Source: Salisapilia sapeloensis CBS 127946 (lineage: Eukaryota > Protista > Oomycota). Taken from it: a stretch of 64,000 nucleotides of DNA. The notes under the pieces are model-generated. The model worked only from the letters and a program-made list of their open reading frames with translations. It had not been told where the DNA came from and searched no databases. A program made the translations under genes and the position numbers. The stretch spans positions 24,282 to 88,281 of the forward strand of contig JAADVB010000053.1 in assembly GCA_023334545.1 (NCBI GenBank). Reading direction: 5' to 3'. Below, one piece after another: positions 24,924-39,576 of the stretch. The first letter of the stretch is position 1. Every line of letters begins with the position of its first letter.

Positions 24924-27900
24924 ATGCTCTTTGGTCCGCAGTACGACGATGATGTGAATGAACGGCCGGAAGGGACTTCGACGACTGGCCCGCCTTCTCG
25001 ACGTAAGAAGACGTCGAAAGTGAAGCACACGCGGGATACCGGTGGGTCCAAGCCTGCGTCTCGTTCCAAGCGCCAGAACACGAATGGCGTCATGTCTAGT
25101 CCTACGTCCAAGACGTCCAATGGGTTCAACGCCAATGGTACTGCTCAGCACAATAGTAGCGCGACAGCCAAGCCACGGCGGCATGAAGCCAATCGACGGA
25201 CGAATATTACGTCGAGTCGAAAGAAGCACGTCGCGTCCGTCGAGCCGTTGCCGCCGACGAATAAAGAGACCATGTACGAGACCGTGTGGAAGCATCTGAA
25301 ATTCCGTAAGCACGTTATCAAGTTAGCGTGGGCGGGGAGCGAGAAACCCATTTGCGTCACGGGTGTCGACGGCTTCCTCGCGTCATGGATCGCCTGTGAG
25401 CTCTTGACAGCAGGATATAGAGTCCGAGGGACTGTGCAGAACCGCAAGGACGACGTCTCCGGACTCACATCGCTACCTCAAGCGCACAACTTTACAGTCG
25501 TCGAGACTTCGCTCCTGACGCCGGAAGCCTGCGACTTGGCTGTGCAAGGTACGGCTTTATTACGATAAAGAGATGAAACGAGTATTAAAGGTCTAGTATG
25601 TCTATAGGTTGTGAGTTTGTCATCCACACGGGAACGCCTTCGTCGTGCTCGGTGCGAGATCCTCTGTCGGAGCAGCAGGAACCAGGCGTCCACAGTATCG
25701 GCAGCCGCATGCATTGCATCATACCGATGATGACCAACTTTATCCAGGCATGTGCTCGTGCTCATATCAAGCGCGTGGTCTTGACGTCGTCTATCGCTGC
25801 CATGGCCGACTCGGTCTCCCCCACGTCGATCATCAATGATGCGTGCTGGAACACGACGTCAACTTTAGAGCGTAATCCTCACTTTCTCAGTCTGAAACTA
25901 GCAGAAGAAGCTGCGTGGCAGCTCGTGGACCAGTTGCCGAAAGATCGCAAGGTGGATCTCGTGACGATCAACGCCGGCACGCTCTTCGGTCCTGCGCTAT
26001 CCAAGTCGAAGTTGTCGCAAGGTAACCAGATCATCTTTGACCTCGTGACTGGACAGTTCTCTGCGCTCGTGGATCTCAACTGGAGTATGGTCGACGTCCG
26101 CGACTGTGCTCGAGCGCATATCCTCGCACTTGAGAATAGCGAAGCGAAAGGACGATACGTATGTGTCCACAAGAGTGTCTGGATGAAGGAGATTGTCGAG
26201 ACGCTTGCGTCGAATGGTTATAGCGGTCGAGATTTACCCTGGAAGGTAGGTCTCCCGAACTGGGTGGCGCGCCTCCCAGCGTATTCACTGCAGCTAGGTC
26301 AAGTAGGCTGCTCGCTCTACGCGCGTGATCCGACATATCCTCGAGCGTCGCCTTATTTGAACGACAAGGTCGTGGATCAGCTGAATCTGCTCTTCCGAGA
26401 CGTTCGCGAGACGATCGTCGAGACGGCGAATGATCTGCTCAAGTGGGGCTACATTAAGCCATGGGCAGAAGACCACGAGACGAGTGCATGCACGTGCTGC
26501 GGCAATACATTTACGTTCTATCGTCGTAAGCACCATTGCCGAGAGTGTGGAGAGATCATCTGCGGCGTGTGCTCCATGTCTCGAGCTGTCGTGGAAGGCA
26601 CGGAAGGCAAGGCTCGTCTGTGCGACCGGTGCGTGAAGAACTCCGTGCCTGGGCTCGTGACGATGCTCAAGGAGGATGATCCGGATAATAAGCGCAAGGC
26701 AGTCGTAGCGCTCGAGTCTCTCATGGAGAACGCTTCGAACCACGACTATGTCACTCGTTTCGATGGCATCCGCTTCTTACTCGAAGCGCTGCATCTACAT
26801 GACGAGACGACGGCAGAACATGCTGCTGGAGCCTTGTTTGCGCTTAGCACAAGCGTCTCAAGTAGTCTGCAGATGGTGCTGGAAGGTGCTGTCCTTCAGA
26901 TGCTCGAGGTGGAGGAGACGACGCGTACGTGGGCCTTGTGTCTCCAAGCACTGCGTAACATTTGGAAACAGATCAATCGCGATGACTTTCGACGTATGTT
27001 GCATGCCGTGTCGCGAGTGTCTTCGGAAGGATCGATGCGAGGAAATGTCCTCTTGACGTTTGTCCACATGATGGATCCTCGAGAGATGCCTTCTCTCCTA
27101 CCGGAAGGACTCGTGACCGTTCTCTATCAAATGTTGCAATCTCCAGATGATTTTTCCCGCTGTGCTGCAGCGCATGCGATTAAGCACTTGGTCCCAGTGG
27201 ACTATGATCCAGACCTGACGATCGAAGTGCCTCCATTCGACGTGGACAACCATGAAGAGTTGTTTTTGAATTCGTCTCTCTCCGATCTGCAGTTCCTCGT
27301 GAAAGGCCACATCCAGCCGATCAATGCACACAAGGTCGTTCTTTTCTTTCGCAATTCGTACTTTAAGAACATGGTTCGCTTCGGCTCTGCTTCGAGTCAA
27401 AAGGCCATGATCGAGATTGATAACTGCAGCTACGAAGTCTTTAGCATCCTCCTTCGATTCCTCTACACTGGTGAAGTGGACATTACGCCAGATGTCGCGG
27501 AAGAGCTGTTGCGTGCAGCATCCTTCTATTGTGTCTATGAACTGCAGAAACGAGCGGAAGCTTTCTTAAGTAGTCAGATTGATGTTGCGAATGTCGTCGA
27601 CTTGCTATCGCTTGCGGAGGAGTGTCATGCCGTCGACTTGAAGAAGAACTGCGTCCCGTTCTTGATGAAACATATACATGACGTCGTCCGCTTACCAGCT
27701 TACGAGGAGCATCGTGTGCGGTCGACGGAAGAAGTGCTCAAGGCGCTCGCAGGTATGCTCGGTCCGGAGTGGGAGGCGAGTCTGTCGGCGCTCAAGCAGG
27801 AGATGGAGGGCTCACCGGTCGAGTCGCTGGCTGGAGACGACGTCAAGGCACCGTCGTCACTTCCACGTTCCGGAGCGCCGAGGGCTGTGGAAGTGGATGA

Positions 27901-28117
27901 AGAAGGCAACTACGTCCTGTCGCCCAAGTTCCTCCTAAGTCCCGTGGCGCCTCGAAGTACCGATAGTCGCCAGCACTCGTTTGTCGAGTCGCCCCGGATG
28001 CGCGGCGTGGAGGATCCGAGCTACCTACCTCAACTGAGTCCCAACGCGTCGTTCTTCCAGCGTCCGAGGAACGTATCGAATGACTTTTCCGAAGGCATCT
28101 CGGAAGGTGTGTGTTAG
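24924..28117 (+). CDS. Fusion: low-complexity N-terminus + extended SDR (DFR/CCR-like) + FYVE + ARM-like + BTB/BACK
   Basis: CVTGVDGFLASWI..GYRVRGTV, RVVLTSS, WAED..C..C..F..RRKHHCRECG..C..CS, then an ARM-like helical region, then SDLQFLV..INAHKVVLFFRNSYFKNM. Intron at about 25550-25608. Confidence 0.92.
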
Positions 28118-28293
28118 CTCATCACGAGGGCGACGTTGCTATAATTCTTTTTTAATGCATGTATCCTTTTGCTTTATAGCTTGGAGAACCTATAGTCGTA
28201 CTTTAGTGAACTTCCAAGTTCTCTTCCGGAGGTGACAAAGAGAGAAACTGCAGTTAAGTAGGCAGTGTCCGGCAGCGAGTCGGCGTCCATAGC

Positions 28294-31087
28294 ATGAGTT
28301 TCGACAAGGATGACGCGAGAGATGGTGTGTATGTGCAGGTTGGGAATGCATCTACAGGTGCTAGTTATCGCATCTTGCTTGCTTCGAACGAGTATGTCAG
28401 TTTATTGTCTTAGCGTTTTAGCTTCCGAGCTTTTACGGCTTCTTATTGTACTTTTATATCTCGATACGATGCTTATGCATGTGTTGTGTTAGTGTGACCG
28501 TGGAGAAACTACGTGAAGAACTGTTTCAAGTCAGTAGCGTGGCACCGCGAGATCAGATTCTGCTCGGCGGACCTCCTTTTTCTCGCTTAGATCCGCGAAG
28601 AACGATCAGCACGTACGACGTCACGTCTGTACGTTGATTGCCATGTATACAGCGATTGAAAGAGGTCTTATACAGCGTGCGTAGGAAAATAAGCAAGTCT
28701 TCTTATACGACAAGCGGATGCTGTCTCAGGAGAACCCAACACCTCCAGAGACACAGCTTGCACCCACACGCGTCCAACGTATGCTGCCAAGTACAATCTA
28801 TCTTGTAACTATGCTCATATCATTTGTGCACGTAGCGGCGGAGGCTCCCGTCCAGTCGTCGGAAGGCTCGAAGCAGCTGAGTGAGTCTTCTAGTCCACTT
28901 CTTCGGGCATTAGCAGACTATGAATCTCACTTCCAGGTACAGGTGCGGCAAAGCCAAGCACTCGAACAGAGTACACATGCGAATATGGAAGCTTGTGCAC
29001 AGGCTGCAAAGGAACTCGAGGTGCAGTCCCAAGCAATTGACGCTGCCATCTCGAACCTCGAGATATTTAAAGTATCCATGACAAAGCACTTTCGACCGTT
29101 CTGGGACGACTTTACCACTGCCCAAGACCATCACAAGCATCTTTTATCCAACTTTGACACGTACTTGGAGGCTCTAGCAACTGTTGAGCTCCATCCGTCG
29201 CTCGCGACGTCCGAGAAAAAGACCTTGTACGACTGCATTCCCGTCGATCGAGAGCGAGAGTGGGCGACACAGTGTCAAAAGTCTCAGGAGCATGTTCTAG
29301 AACAAGTGGAGAAGCTTAAATCTATGCATGAGAGCGTCGAGAAGCAAGTGACGGAGCTTGTGGAAGCGCAGAACAGTGTATCTGGACATTGCTCTGGTGC
29401 GTCGAAAGCTCTAGAAGAGATGAAAGAGCATGCGAAAGTTCAGGCGGAGATCACGGCGAAGCTGAATGCGAATCTCGAGTACGTGATGCACAAGATCTCC
29501 GAGACGTCGTCAACGCTAAGTCAATCGAATGCCATGCACGCATCGTCGAATGCATTGGAAGTATGTCGAAATATTGATGAGCTCTATCGGGAGCAGCATG
29601 ACTTAGTTCCAACCTCTGAAAGTCATGCGGAGGAAGTCATCAAGCGTCTCGAGCGCGTTGCACAAGTAAAAAACTCGTTCTTTTCGACCGTCCATTCGAG
29701 TATGCGTCAAGTGTCTTCATCTCAATCTCAAATCCGAGACTTTGAGAGCTCTCTGACGATGCTCAAGGAAGCATTAGCAGCTCAGAAACGGCACTTTGGA
29801 GAGCTAGAGCACTTGGAGAAACTACCAGACGCATACGAAGCTTGTCTGGAAGAGATTGTCCGGAGAAGACGTTATGGAGTTATGTTTTCGAATCGGATTC
29901 AGACGATGGCGGAGGAGTTAGCACAGCTACGGCAGAGAGAAGTGCAGGCTCGAGAGAGTTTCCTACAGAGCTATGGACAGCACTTACCTCGAGAGTTTGT
30001 GCCTGGATTAGCCGAGAAGCCGTCGCATTGTGAGTTTCGAATGCGTCCGTTCGATCAGGATTTACCTGACGTTGGCGACGTGGAGCTGGAGGACAAGGCG
30101 GATGGGAGTGACGTGGATGCGCAGGCACTGGCGAAGAGGTGCAAAGAGTTGGAAGCAAAGGTGGCTGAGCTAGAGAGTCAAGTGCGTGCGTCTGATAAGA
30201 AGGATGTGTCGGAGAGCGTCGGGTCGGATGCGTCCAAGGCAGGAGACTCTTCCTGTGAGTTCCCGCTGGTGCTGGCGCTTGCAGGGGAGATGAGCCACGC
30301 GTCGGACGGGTCCGAAGGAGAGCACAAGTTGGATGCGAATGGAAGTAGCAGACGCGATCAGGAGATGGCCAAGCTTGTGCGGGAGAACCAAGAGTACTTG
30401 TTGAACGCTGCGGCGTTTGAAGGGGAGATGAAGGAGAGTATGCGTCGAGAGAAGAATCTGCAAGAGGCGCAGGCAAATCTGCAGCAGTCAGTCCAGAGTC
30501 TGCAGATCAGCGTCGGTGTTCATAAATCGTCACTTGTCAAGGTGTTGGACTTGTTGGAGCTGCAGGTCGAAGGAGATGTGGACGAGTACCTCAAGTATCA
30601 TATGAGTGATGTGGAGGAGAGGATCCAGACGCTCGTGACGAGTAAGGATCGAGAGCGTCAGTTGGAGCAGGAGCTCGAGGAACAGGAGCAGAAGGTGCAT
30701 GAACTATCGACAAGCGATGAGTCGTTCAAGATTTCCTTCCGTAGCTTTGACGTAAATGACCTCGCGCTGTTTCTACCGACGTCGGCGCCAGGGAGTGACG
30801 CCCAGCGTGTGTACTTGGCGTTCCACTTGGACTGTCCACATCGGTTCTTATCGCAAGAGTCGATCACGTCCTTTAGCACGAGTCTTTCGAATGGCCGAAC
30901 AAGGTACGACCTGTCGCTATCTTTTTGATATGTAGGTCTGATGATTGTATCTAGATATCCTGATTATGTGGTTGGCCGGATCGTCTTCATCGATGAGCAA
31001 GTGGCGACGGAAAGCAACAATCCGTATGCACTTCCTCTCGAAACCACGTTTTACACGCTCACGGTCGCAAGTCTGCATGAAACTTAA
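28294..31087 (+). CDS. ATG11: Autophagy scaffold ATG11/FIP200-like protein
   Basis: N-terminal ubiquitin-like segment (RDQILLGGPPF), ATG17-like coiled coil (KLPDAYEACLEEIVRRRRY), C-terminal claw (KISFRSFDVNDLALFLPT..YVVGRIVFI..NPYAL). Confidence 0.87.
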
Positions 31088-31234
31088 ACCGGATGAATCC
31101 AAGTGGCAATTGTTGGCTATTTTATAGATTGTTTCTAGTTTGGAATTTTTGTTCTTGTGTTCTTTTGGTTGGAAATATTCTAGAAAAAGAAAGAAAGCCT
31201 TCTTTCGATATCTTTATATTCGTCTAGAAAGAAA

Positions 31235-32851
31235 ATGGTGCAAGTGAAGATTAAATGGGGCAAGCAGACGTTCGACATGGACGTCGATAAGTCCCAACCG
31301 GTGGATCAGCTCAAGGCACAGATCTTTGCTCTCACGTCCGTACCGGTGGAACGACAGAAACTCATGTCCAAAGCTTGGAAAGGCATGCTCAAGGACGACA
31401 CGGATCTCAATTCGCTCGACAAACTCGTCGACGGCGCGAATGTCATGCTTATGGGATCTGCCGATACGGTCAGCAAGCCACAGGAGCCGACTGTTTTCAT
31501 TGAAGACATGGCGTCCAAGGACATCGCGGCATCCGGCGTCGTCTACCCGGCAGGACTGGCCAACCTTGGCAACACGTGTTACATGAACGCTACGCTGCAA
31601 TGTCTGCGTAAAGTCACCGAGTTCCGGGACTCGCTTAAAGAGTATAACGGAGGAGCATCGGGAGACATGGCCAGTAGCTTCACCACGACGCTACGAGACC
31701 TCTACGCGCAGCTCGAATCCAGCGTCGATGGCGTCACGCCTGCTCTTTTCGTCACTGTACGTCCTCAGCTACTCTTGCTCGTTGGTATACGTCTTACCAT
31801 GCTTTTATAATCTTACTAGGTGCTACGTCGAGCGTACCCTCAATTCGCACAGCAGTCTCCTCGCGGAGGTTTCATGCAGCAAGATAGTGAAGAGTTCTTG
31901 TCGACCTTGTTGTCTACGCTGCAACGTACGCTGACCAAGCCAGTGGATTTCTCATCTATCGAGCCAGCGAACAACATGATTGACGCTCTCTTTGGTCTCG
32001 AGATGAATGAAAAGTATCTTTGATAACAAGTAGAGAAGAGGAATGGGATCTCATGTCTGTACTAGGTTGACGTGTGCCGAGACAGATGCCGAGCCAGCAA
32101 TTGAACGCAAAGAACGAGCGTTGAAGCTTGTGTGCAATATCACGATGCAGACGAATCACTTGTCGGAAGGCATTAAGGTCGGTTTAGAAGGCACGATGGA
32201 GAAGAATTCGGAGGTGCTCGGTCGAGACGCGACGTGGAAGACGACGCAGCGGATAAGCCGTCTACCAAAGTACTTGTGCGTCCAGTTCATGCGCTTTTAC
32301 TGGAAGCCGACGCCGGATAGTCGTGACCATGCAGGTGTCAAGTGCAAGATGCTGCGTCCCATCGCCTTCCCACAGGTGCTTGATGTCTACGACTTCTGCT
32401 CGGACGAGTTGCAGAAGACACTCAAGGTGTCTCGTGATAAACACGCAGATGAGATCATGAACGAGTTCAAGGAAGACGAGAACATGGAGAAGGAAGAGAA
32501 GGAGGACAAGGACCCAGAGCTCGAAGCTGCCAAGGCGCTGTCGATGGGCGTCACGTCCCCTGGCATTGGTCTCCCGAACGACTTCCAGGGCAACTACGAG
32601 CTGTACGCAATTCTGACGCACAAGGGTCGGTCGGCTGACAGTGGCCACTACATGGCGTGGGTGCGTCAGGAAGGAGGTACATCATGCATAGCTTTTACGA
32701 ATATAGGAGGAAGCTAATGATACAACTAGATGACTGGTTCTGCTACGACGATGACGACGTGTCGCCGTGCAAGACGGAGGACATTCAAAAACTCAAGGGC
32801 GGAGGAGACTGGCACATGGCCTACCTAGCCTTCTACCGGGCCAAGAATTAA
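31235..32851 (+). CDS. USP14: Proteasome-associated deubiquitinase USP14/Ubp6; 3 introns
   Basis: UBL domain (VPVERQKLM), Cys box GLANLGNTCYMNATLQCL, QQDSEEF, His box HKGRSADSGHYMAWV, GGGDWHMAY. Confidence 0.96.
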
Positions 32852-32971
32852 GCGAATACAACGATACACTTGGTTTCCAAAGCCCGATTTGTACATGCAC
32901 TTTGTCATTCTATGGCGATGTGAAAACCTTGGAGCTCTCTACCTGCCATACGTCCTACAAAAAGAAAAAAA

Positions 32972-34442
32972 TCACATCTCAAAGCCCTTGGACGTGACAC
33001 CCGTCGACGACGTCTCGTCCACGTCCTTTGGCTGGATGTCGCTCTTGACCGACTCGGCACTGTCTTCTTCAATCTCTTCCGTTGCCTTCGTAAGGTCAGA
33101 AAGTTTCGGGGAGAATGGAGGAGAAGAGGAGAAGGAAGCGTCTGTCGGAGATGGAGGAGGCGTCTGCGTCATGCCTTCGCCATCCTCCGTCGGACTCGCT
33201 GGTGCGGGAGAGTTGAGCATGTCACTCGTGCTGCCGCTCGTGGGCGACAAGTGGACTGAGTTGCCCTCTGCAAAAGGAGACTTTTGTGCCGTGTCCGTTG
33301 CAAACCAGATACGCAGCGTCTCCTCCCTCTTCTTGGCACTCGTCGCTCGTTCATTCTCCGCTTCCTATCGTTATCATGTTACTTCTATCCTGTGAACTAG
33401 GTAGGAAAGAGAGAGGCTTACGGGACGGAACCACTCCATGTTGACGGTAATGTCTTGGCGGTCGGCTAGAACTGGCGTCAGGAGACTCGTTAGTGTGGCA
33501 CGTGACTCGGGGTCGAGTCTCGGGATCTCGATCCCTCGAACAGAGAACTCGCTTACAGGGTGCTTGAGCACTACTTTGCAAATCCATTTCGCCTATAGGT
33601 AAGAGGATGAGTATCACGAAGCTAGTGGGAAGAGGAGAGAGCGTACGAGGAAATTAAACTTGTCGATCTGACCGCGACAGACTTGAGTCATGAGTGTCGT
33701 GAAGACTTCGTCTGGCACCTTGTTACGGCAGGCTTTCATGACTGTCCGGACGGCATAGTCTTCACGCAAGGCACGAACGACTTGGCTGTCTTCAAAGCCG
33801 TGGACGCCACTCGAGTAGCAGGATCCGCACAAGTGGAAGTTTTCGCATCGAGAGCAAGAGTACATGTCTCCAACAATCGGATCCATGCCACATCCGTCGC
33901 AGAAGGAGTCGTCATTGACTTTGGAAGACGATGGTTTGAGTTGCGCCACCTAGAGATGCTTTTAGCTACGTCGCTTACGAGTGTGTAAAGGGTCTTTCAA
34001 TGTACCTTGGAGCCGAGGTAGCGTCCGGCGGAGGCCATGGGATTGGAACGCGGCTTCTCCGGCTCTTCGTTCGAAGGGGAGTCGGTCATGGAGCCCGTCA
34101 TGGACGACCGACTGTCCTTATCCATGGACAGTGGTTCCGACATGAGCCTAGAGCATATCGTTATAACTCATTCTTTCTTACTACTCAATGCATGAATCAA
34201 ACATACCAGCACTTGCGTCCGTCTTTATGAATGCGTCGTTCGCCATGGATGACGCGAGTACCGCTTCCGGAAAAGACGGCGGGTCGTGGTCCAAAGAAGA
34301 GATGGATGTCGTCGTCTTTGACTTCCTCCCCGAGTTTCTGGTTCAAGCTACTCGTGCTAGCGATAGAGGGCCGTTTCTCCTCGACATCATCATCGACGCT
34401 CTGTCTACTGAGCATACTCGCAAAGGAGATCCGTGAAGCCAT
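32972..34442 (-). CDS. ZZ-type zinc-finger protein with Ser-rich termini, multi-exon
   Basis: FCDGCGMDPIVGDMYSCSRCENFHLCGSCY. Upstream exons 34442-34206 and 34148-34016 splice in frame. Confidence 0.8.
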
Positions 34443-34608
34443 CTTCCTCTCTCCTGTCCAAATGTATTGTATGGTGCGACAAGCCTATTCGCCGACTGCA
34501 CTTGACTTTTGTATTCAACAGCTGCATCTCGACCATTCTACTGTCTATTTCCAGCATGGCGGTAGTGACGTGTAGGCGAAAACAATACAAAGTAGGTGGT
34601 AATGGCTT

Positions 34609-36135
34609 CTATTCAATGTGTTGCGGGTACTTTTTCAAGTAGAGTGGTAGGGCGAACGTCAGGACGAGTGTTCCAATTTCGAGGCAGTTGACCGTGTCCC
34701 AGCTGTGCAAGGAGGATAGTGGTGTCTGAAGCAAGCTGACGAGACCTGCGACAGCGAACGTGATGCCCGAGAGGACGCCAAAGTTCCGGAATCCAAAGAT
34801 TTCACCGAGTAGCGAGAATAACAAGGAGAAGAGGATCGTACGGAATAGTGTGTACACGATGAACGCAGCGACGAGTACCGCTGGAGACTGGAAACAGCTG
34901 AACAAGACGGCAAACGTGACGGCAGTGAGGGAAGACAGTGCTGTTACAGTCGGGTACCCGCAGACTTCCAATAGATATCCGACCAACGGAATGAAGACGG
35001 CACTTCCTGGTAGGATGATCGCGAGGTCAGATAGTAGCTTGTCCACACTCGCAGCTTCCAAGCCTTTGGCACGTAGCTGTGGTGTTAAGCTACCTAGAAA
35101 GAAATTGCACCACAAAGCTCCGATGGCAAAGTATGCGGTTAATAGCAAGTACGGTATCGACGTGACTTGTGTCTTGAACGAACGACGCTTTAGAGACCGC
35201 TTCCTGCCACCTAGTAAACGCTGACTGCTCTTGTCCCATAGGTGCTTGTCTAATTCAGGCGTGGAAATATCAAACGGATAGTCGTCTTCATGGAAGCTTG
35301 ATGGTAATCGGACTCTCGACAGTGGCTCGCGACTGGACGGAGGCGCTTCCGGATCCGGGTATGGCGCATCTGGATCGAGGACAAGGCAGCCGACGAGTAT
35401 GACACCGAGGAAGGCAGCGTAGGTACTGAAGATAGACGACCTGGATACGTTCAAGTCGTCGTATGCGTACTGGAAGATCGTGAAGATGAAGAAACTGAAC
35501 TGTAATGCACCGACGATGAGGACTGTAACGAGAGCACGTGCTTCTGGGAAAAGGTTTGCAACATGGATGTTCGTCAGTTGCACGCCGGGACCGGAGAATC
35601 CGATGAGTCCCATGCCCCACACAAGCCCATCTTCCACTTGGAGTGTGCTGGATCTATTGTAGAGTTAGGAATCGTTGCTCTATCATACGTACAAATCTAT
35701 ATACGTACTTGCTGTCAGCTGTACCCACGAGTATTGTTCCAATGATTAAGAGAACGAGTGATATCGCCTTAGTGACTCGAGGTCCGAATCTACATGGCGT
35801 CATGCGTTAGTACGACGATCATACTTGGTCGATTATGTCTACGGACGCACCTGTCGAAAGCTAGACCAAGCCCGAGGTTGGACGTAAGACTCGCCGTGAC
35901 TCCAATCGTGTAGGCATACTGCAAGTGTTTCGTTTGGGCTTCACAAACGTCTACTTCCGGCGGACAAACGTCACGGTAAAGTCCTTCAGTTTCTAGCACG
36001 GGCAGGATGGATGTCCTGTATGTGCGTCAGATCCCATTTGCATGCATGCATTTATAAGTAGTACCATCCAAATATGATGCCAGCACCAATGCAACATTGG
36101 AAAATAGCAAAGCCTGCTTCGAAATAGCGATGCAT
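34609..36135 (-). CDS. MFS transporter (SLC43/LAT3/FMP42-like)
   Basis: AGIIFGW, LGLAFDR-type loop, LTNIHVANLFP, LGEIFGFRNFGVLSG and many TM segments. Confidence 0.82.
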
Positions 36136-36222
36136 GCCTAGCTCGCCCATCTGAATTCTGCTGACTCGTTATCTTGCGGATGTAGCCATTTAAATCTCCA
36201 AACGTCGCAGATACGAGTTCGG

Positions 36223-38362
36223 ATGTCGAGTGCACTCGATAAGCTACAGGAACGCCAGGCGCAAAAGCTTTTGGAAAAGCTACAGAGAGATGTGTATGCA
36301 CACATGCGTCTGAACGATGAGGATGAAATGGTCGAGATGGAACGCCGGCGAGAAACGAGTCGACGTGAGCGACGAGTCGAACGCTTCTTGCAACCGGCTG
36401 CCCGTGAAAAGACTTGGCATGAATGCCCAGTGCCTTTACATGAAGTACGAATCAAGGCATTTTCATGAGTAGATGTAGTGTGTGGTTGTCTTAAAAGTGA
36501 GTAGGAACGGCAGATTCGTGGAATGCCCAAGTCGAGAGATTATTGGGCGACCATAGACATCTCGGCCTGGTCAAAGGTCCAGCTCGATGCTGCCTGCACG
36601 CTGCTCGATCTACCGACAATCGGCAAGAAAGAAGATTTGCTATCTAGCATACAAGCGTGGATTAATGCTCCCTCCACTTTTGCTCATCAGCAAGAGCGAG
36701 AGCGTGTCGAGCAAGAAGAGGAGAAGCTTAAGTTCCGTGCGTACCTTTTTCATGACATGACCATCACAAATTCCTCACGAATAGATGCTAGTATGCAACA
36801 GAGTTTTTGCATGCGGCCGAAATGACCATGGAGAACTTGGTCTGGGTGACCGACTCGATCGGTCGAAACCGACGGAGATTACAGATTTGAGAGGGAAAGA
36901 TGTTGTTTGTGTCCAAGCGGTTCGTATTCGTCTTCTCTCATCATTGCACAATTAAACATCTAAGCTCTTTATCTACGTACAGGGGTTCGATTCGGATTAC
37001 GCAATTGCCATCACGAGAGATGGAAAGACATTTGCTTGGGGTGGAGATGGAAGGAAGTTGATAGAGGATGATGTCAACGAATTCTCAACATCCAACCAAC
37101 GTCCATCCGTAGTTCAGTCTTCATCTTATCTACGCCCACATGAAATAGCAGTAAATATCGACACGATCCACGTCTCCTGTGCAAAAGCAGGCGGACATAT
37201 AGCCATGGTAAGTCGGAAAGGGGAGTGCTATACATGGGGCGTCGAAACCTACGGTGAGCTCGGCACAAGCCAGCAGCCTCTCTCCAAAGCAGTTAAGAAC
37301 AAATCCACTCCTTCCTCCGTCCAACGCACAAGTATGCGTCCAGCGTGTGTCTCTGCGTTAAGGAACGTCAGGCTTACGCAGACAAGCGTCGGTAGCTGTC
37401 ACACAGCAGCAATCACACGAGATGGCGCGTTGTACATGTGGGGCGCATGTTGGAGTGGGCAATTGGGTGTCGGTCTATCGAAGCGACCAGGCATTGCGCA
37501 ATCTCGTCTCCAGCGCTGCTTTCCATCGCCAACACTGGTGGAAAACTTGCGTGGTATGCAAGTAACCCGTGTCTCGTGTGGTGCTTTACACACAGCAGCA
37601 ATCACATCCGACGGTCGGTTGTATACCTTTGGATGTGGAGATGGTGGACGGCTTGGACTCGGGAGTAACGACGACGCTTTATTGCCTGAACTAGTGACAC
37701 ATTTAAACGATTGCTTTGTTGAGGACGTTAGTTGTGGTAATTGGCACTCTTTATGCATTGCTCGACCTCGATCAGAGATTACAGAGAGCTCTCGATCTGG
37801 ACATGTCTACTCCTTTGGCACATGTTCCCATGGGCAGGTACATTAGGACGCTACAAAGGACAAGTCTATTCATCTAATTGGTCTTGTATGCATGCTATTA
37901 GCTCGGTCTTGGAAAAGAGACAAAGGCTCTACTCCCTAGTACGTTCCTTAGTTACTTTATCTACCTTCTTGTATATCGAGTAACCATGGGATATGACTAG
38001 CGAGGCTACCATCACTAGATCTACGCCGCATCCGCTGTAGCTATGTGTCCGTATCTTCTTTCCATAGTGCTGCCGTCACATCCAACGGTCATCTCTTGAC
38101 TTGGGGACAGAATGCTTCTGGATGTCTAGGCAGACTCTCCAGTGGCGACGCATTCGAGCCGGACTTTGTTCCTCGATCAAGTTACCACAGCTACGGCATC
38201 CGTGCTGTAGTGTCTGTATCAACTGGTAGTCAATTCACGCTTTTTCTAACGAAGAGCGAAGCGTCTGATCAATCCAAGCACCAGTTGGATGATCAAGACG
38301 CTTTCAATGACATTGATACAGCGTCGAAGGATATGAATTGGTTGCAAAAGAGGTCAATTTAA
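36223..38362 (+). CDS. RCC1-repeat protein with an N-terminal SAP-like motif
   Basis: VSCGALHTAAITSDGRLYTFGCGDGGRLGLG-type repeats. QLDAACTLLDLPTIGKKEDLL is SAP-like. Confidence 0.85.
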
Positions 38363-38440
38363 GATTTAAAAATGAGCGTGTCCACATTGGTGGTTGTCTA
38401 CGTTCGTTGAGGCTGTCGGCAGAGTATCCAGTCAACGGAG

Positions 38441-39416
<976 letters not shown>

Positions 39417-39576
39417 GTTTGAGAAGTACCCGAATGGAGAAGGTCGAGATGGATACTTGGGTTAAGTCGAAGTGGGTTTTAAAATCCATTTCTTTATATT
39501 GACCAATCAACTGTCTAGATAGGACTTTACACCAATGAAGAGACACCGGAATGACAACAAAGCACCGACGTGAATT

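Noticed and set aside
28161-28170. GTATCCTTTT, a U12-type 5' splice consensus
   Set aside because: It is intergenic, with no U12 branch site or suitable intron downstream.
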